Assembly (NCBI RefSeq): GCF_009914755.1
Contig: NC_060925.1
Direction: 5' to 3' (one strand)
Length of the DNA stretch: 64,000 nt
Origin: the human T2T-CHM13v2.0 reference genome, Homo sapiens
Below, piece by piece: positions 63,091-64,000 of the stretch (within the stretch, counting starts at the first letter, position 1; each line of letters opens with the position of its first letter). Under the pieces are notes generated by a model. That model searched no databases. It saw nothing but the letters and a program-made list of their open reading frames with translations, and was not told the origin of the DNA. The position numbers were made by a program, and so were the translations under genes.

Positions 63091-64000
63091 TGTGGACATC
63101 TCTTTATTATATCCACTGCTTTTCCAGATTCTCTCTTGCTCTCTCCTTCCACTTCTGTCCGCTGGGACGTAGAATGGTGGAAGGAAGATGGGGGAGAGGT
63201 GTCCTGAATTCTAGAGAAGTGGTTTCTAGCAGAGCAAAGAAACATACAAGAAGCTATTGCAATATTTCAGGCAAGAAATAATGCTAAGGCAGCCACAGGA
63301 AGAGAGGATGGATGTGGATAAATGCCAAATACAATGTGGCATTTCACATGGAGACAAAGGAGAGTGACTGGGAGGCTGGTGACACCCGTGACTGCCACAG
63401 GAAATGGAGTGGTAACCTCATCCACCCCTACACTTTCATACAAGTGACTCTCAAGGCATGCTTCTGGCCATATTGTCTCCCGAGAGCAGAAATCTGAAGA
63501 CAACTGATATGGCCTTTAATAAATGGGGACTGAACTTTGGGGAGGCCCTAATTAAAGACAGCTGGAGCCCTGGGGAAAAGGAGCCAGTGGAGACTGTGGG
63601 AAAATGTCAGAGAGGCAGGAGGAAGGTGAGACCACTGCGGTCAGCCACATCTGACTCAGCTCTTCAAGGAGGGAGGTGGACGGTGCGGAGAGCTGCTGGA
63701 GGGGAGGGGAAGCTGAAGACCATGATGACGTCATGGCCGAGCTGGGGCAGTGGGCAGAGGAGGCGGAAGTCAGGTTGTGAAGAGCTGAGGAGATAGTGGG
63801 GGCTGAGAGGATAGAAGGGCTGGATGCTCTCCCTGAACTGTGAAAAGGAAGAAATCATGCTGCCCACAGGTGGAGTAGCCCAGGAGAAGGGCAACCCTGG
63901 GTCTGCAGCCCCCGCCCCTCTGCCTCTGTGTCTTCCTCACACTGGGCTCCCAAGCCTGTGTAGGCTTGAGTCTTTCTGAAACTTTGGTCAGTCTGTGGTA

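Overview
Human genomic DNA, recognisable as the SMG7-NCF2 locus (1q25.3). 1-~13.5 kb holds the 3' part of SMG7 (+ strand, NMD factor): 11 coding exons, an alternative donor, a 150-nt cassette exon, two alternative coding ends and a ~2.3 kb 3'UTR. About 14.85-50.2 kb holds the complete NCF2 gene (- strand, p67phox), convergent with SMG7. Its 15 coding exons, reconstructed from splice sites, total 1581 nt = 526 aa + stop. The NCF2 promoter carries PU.1, AP-1 and IRF motifs and abuts a solo ERV1 LTR with an intact 4-bp TSD. A C18orf32 processed copy lies antisense in the first coding intron of NCF2. 50.6-64 kb is repeat-rich intergenic DNA (Alu, L1, L2, L3/CR1, MLT1, MIR, MER). I see no clear evidence of a wholly new biological system; this is a well-studied locus. 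The best leads are regulatory or structural: a possible far-downstream SMG7 terminal exon beyond NCF2, a candidate intronic SMG7 terminal exon or microexon next to a strong hairpin, an LTR-donated NF-kB site, three chained uORFs in the NCF2 leader, a templated 215-bp intron-to-intron copy, and an Alu pair exactly 1380 bp apart around an NCF2 exon. Repeat subfamily names and boundaries are by eye and approximate.
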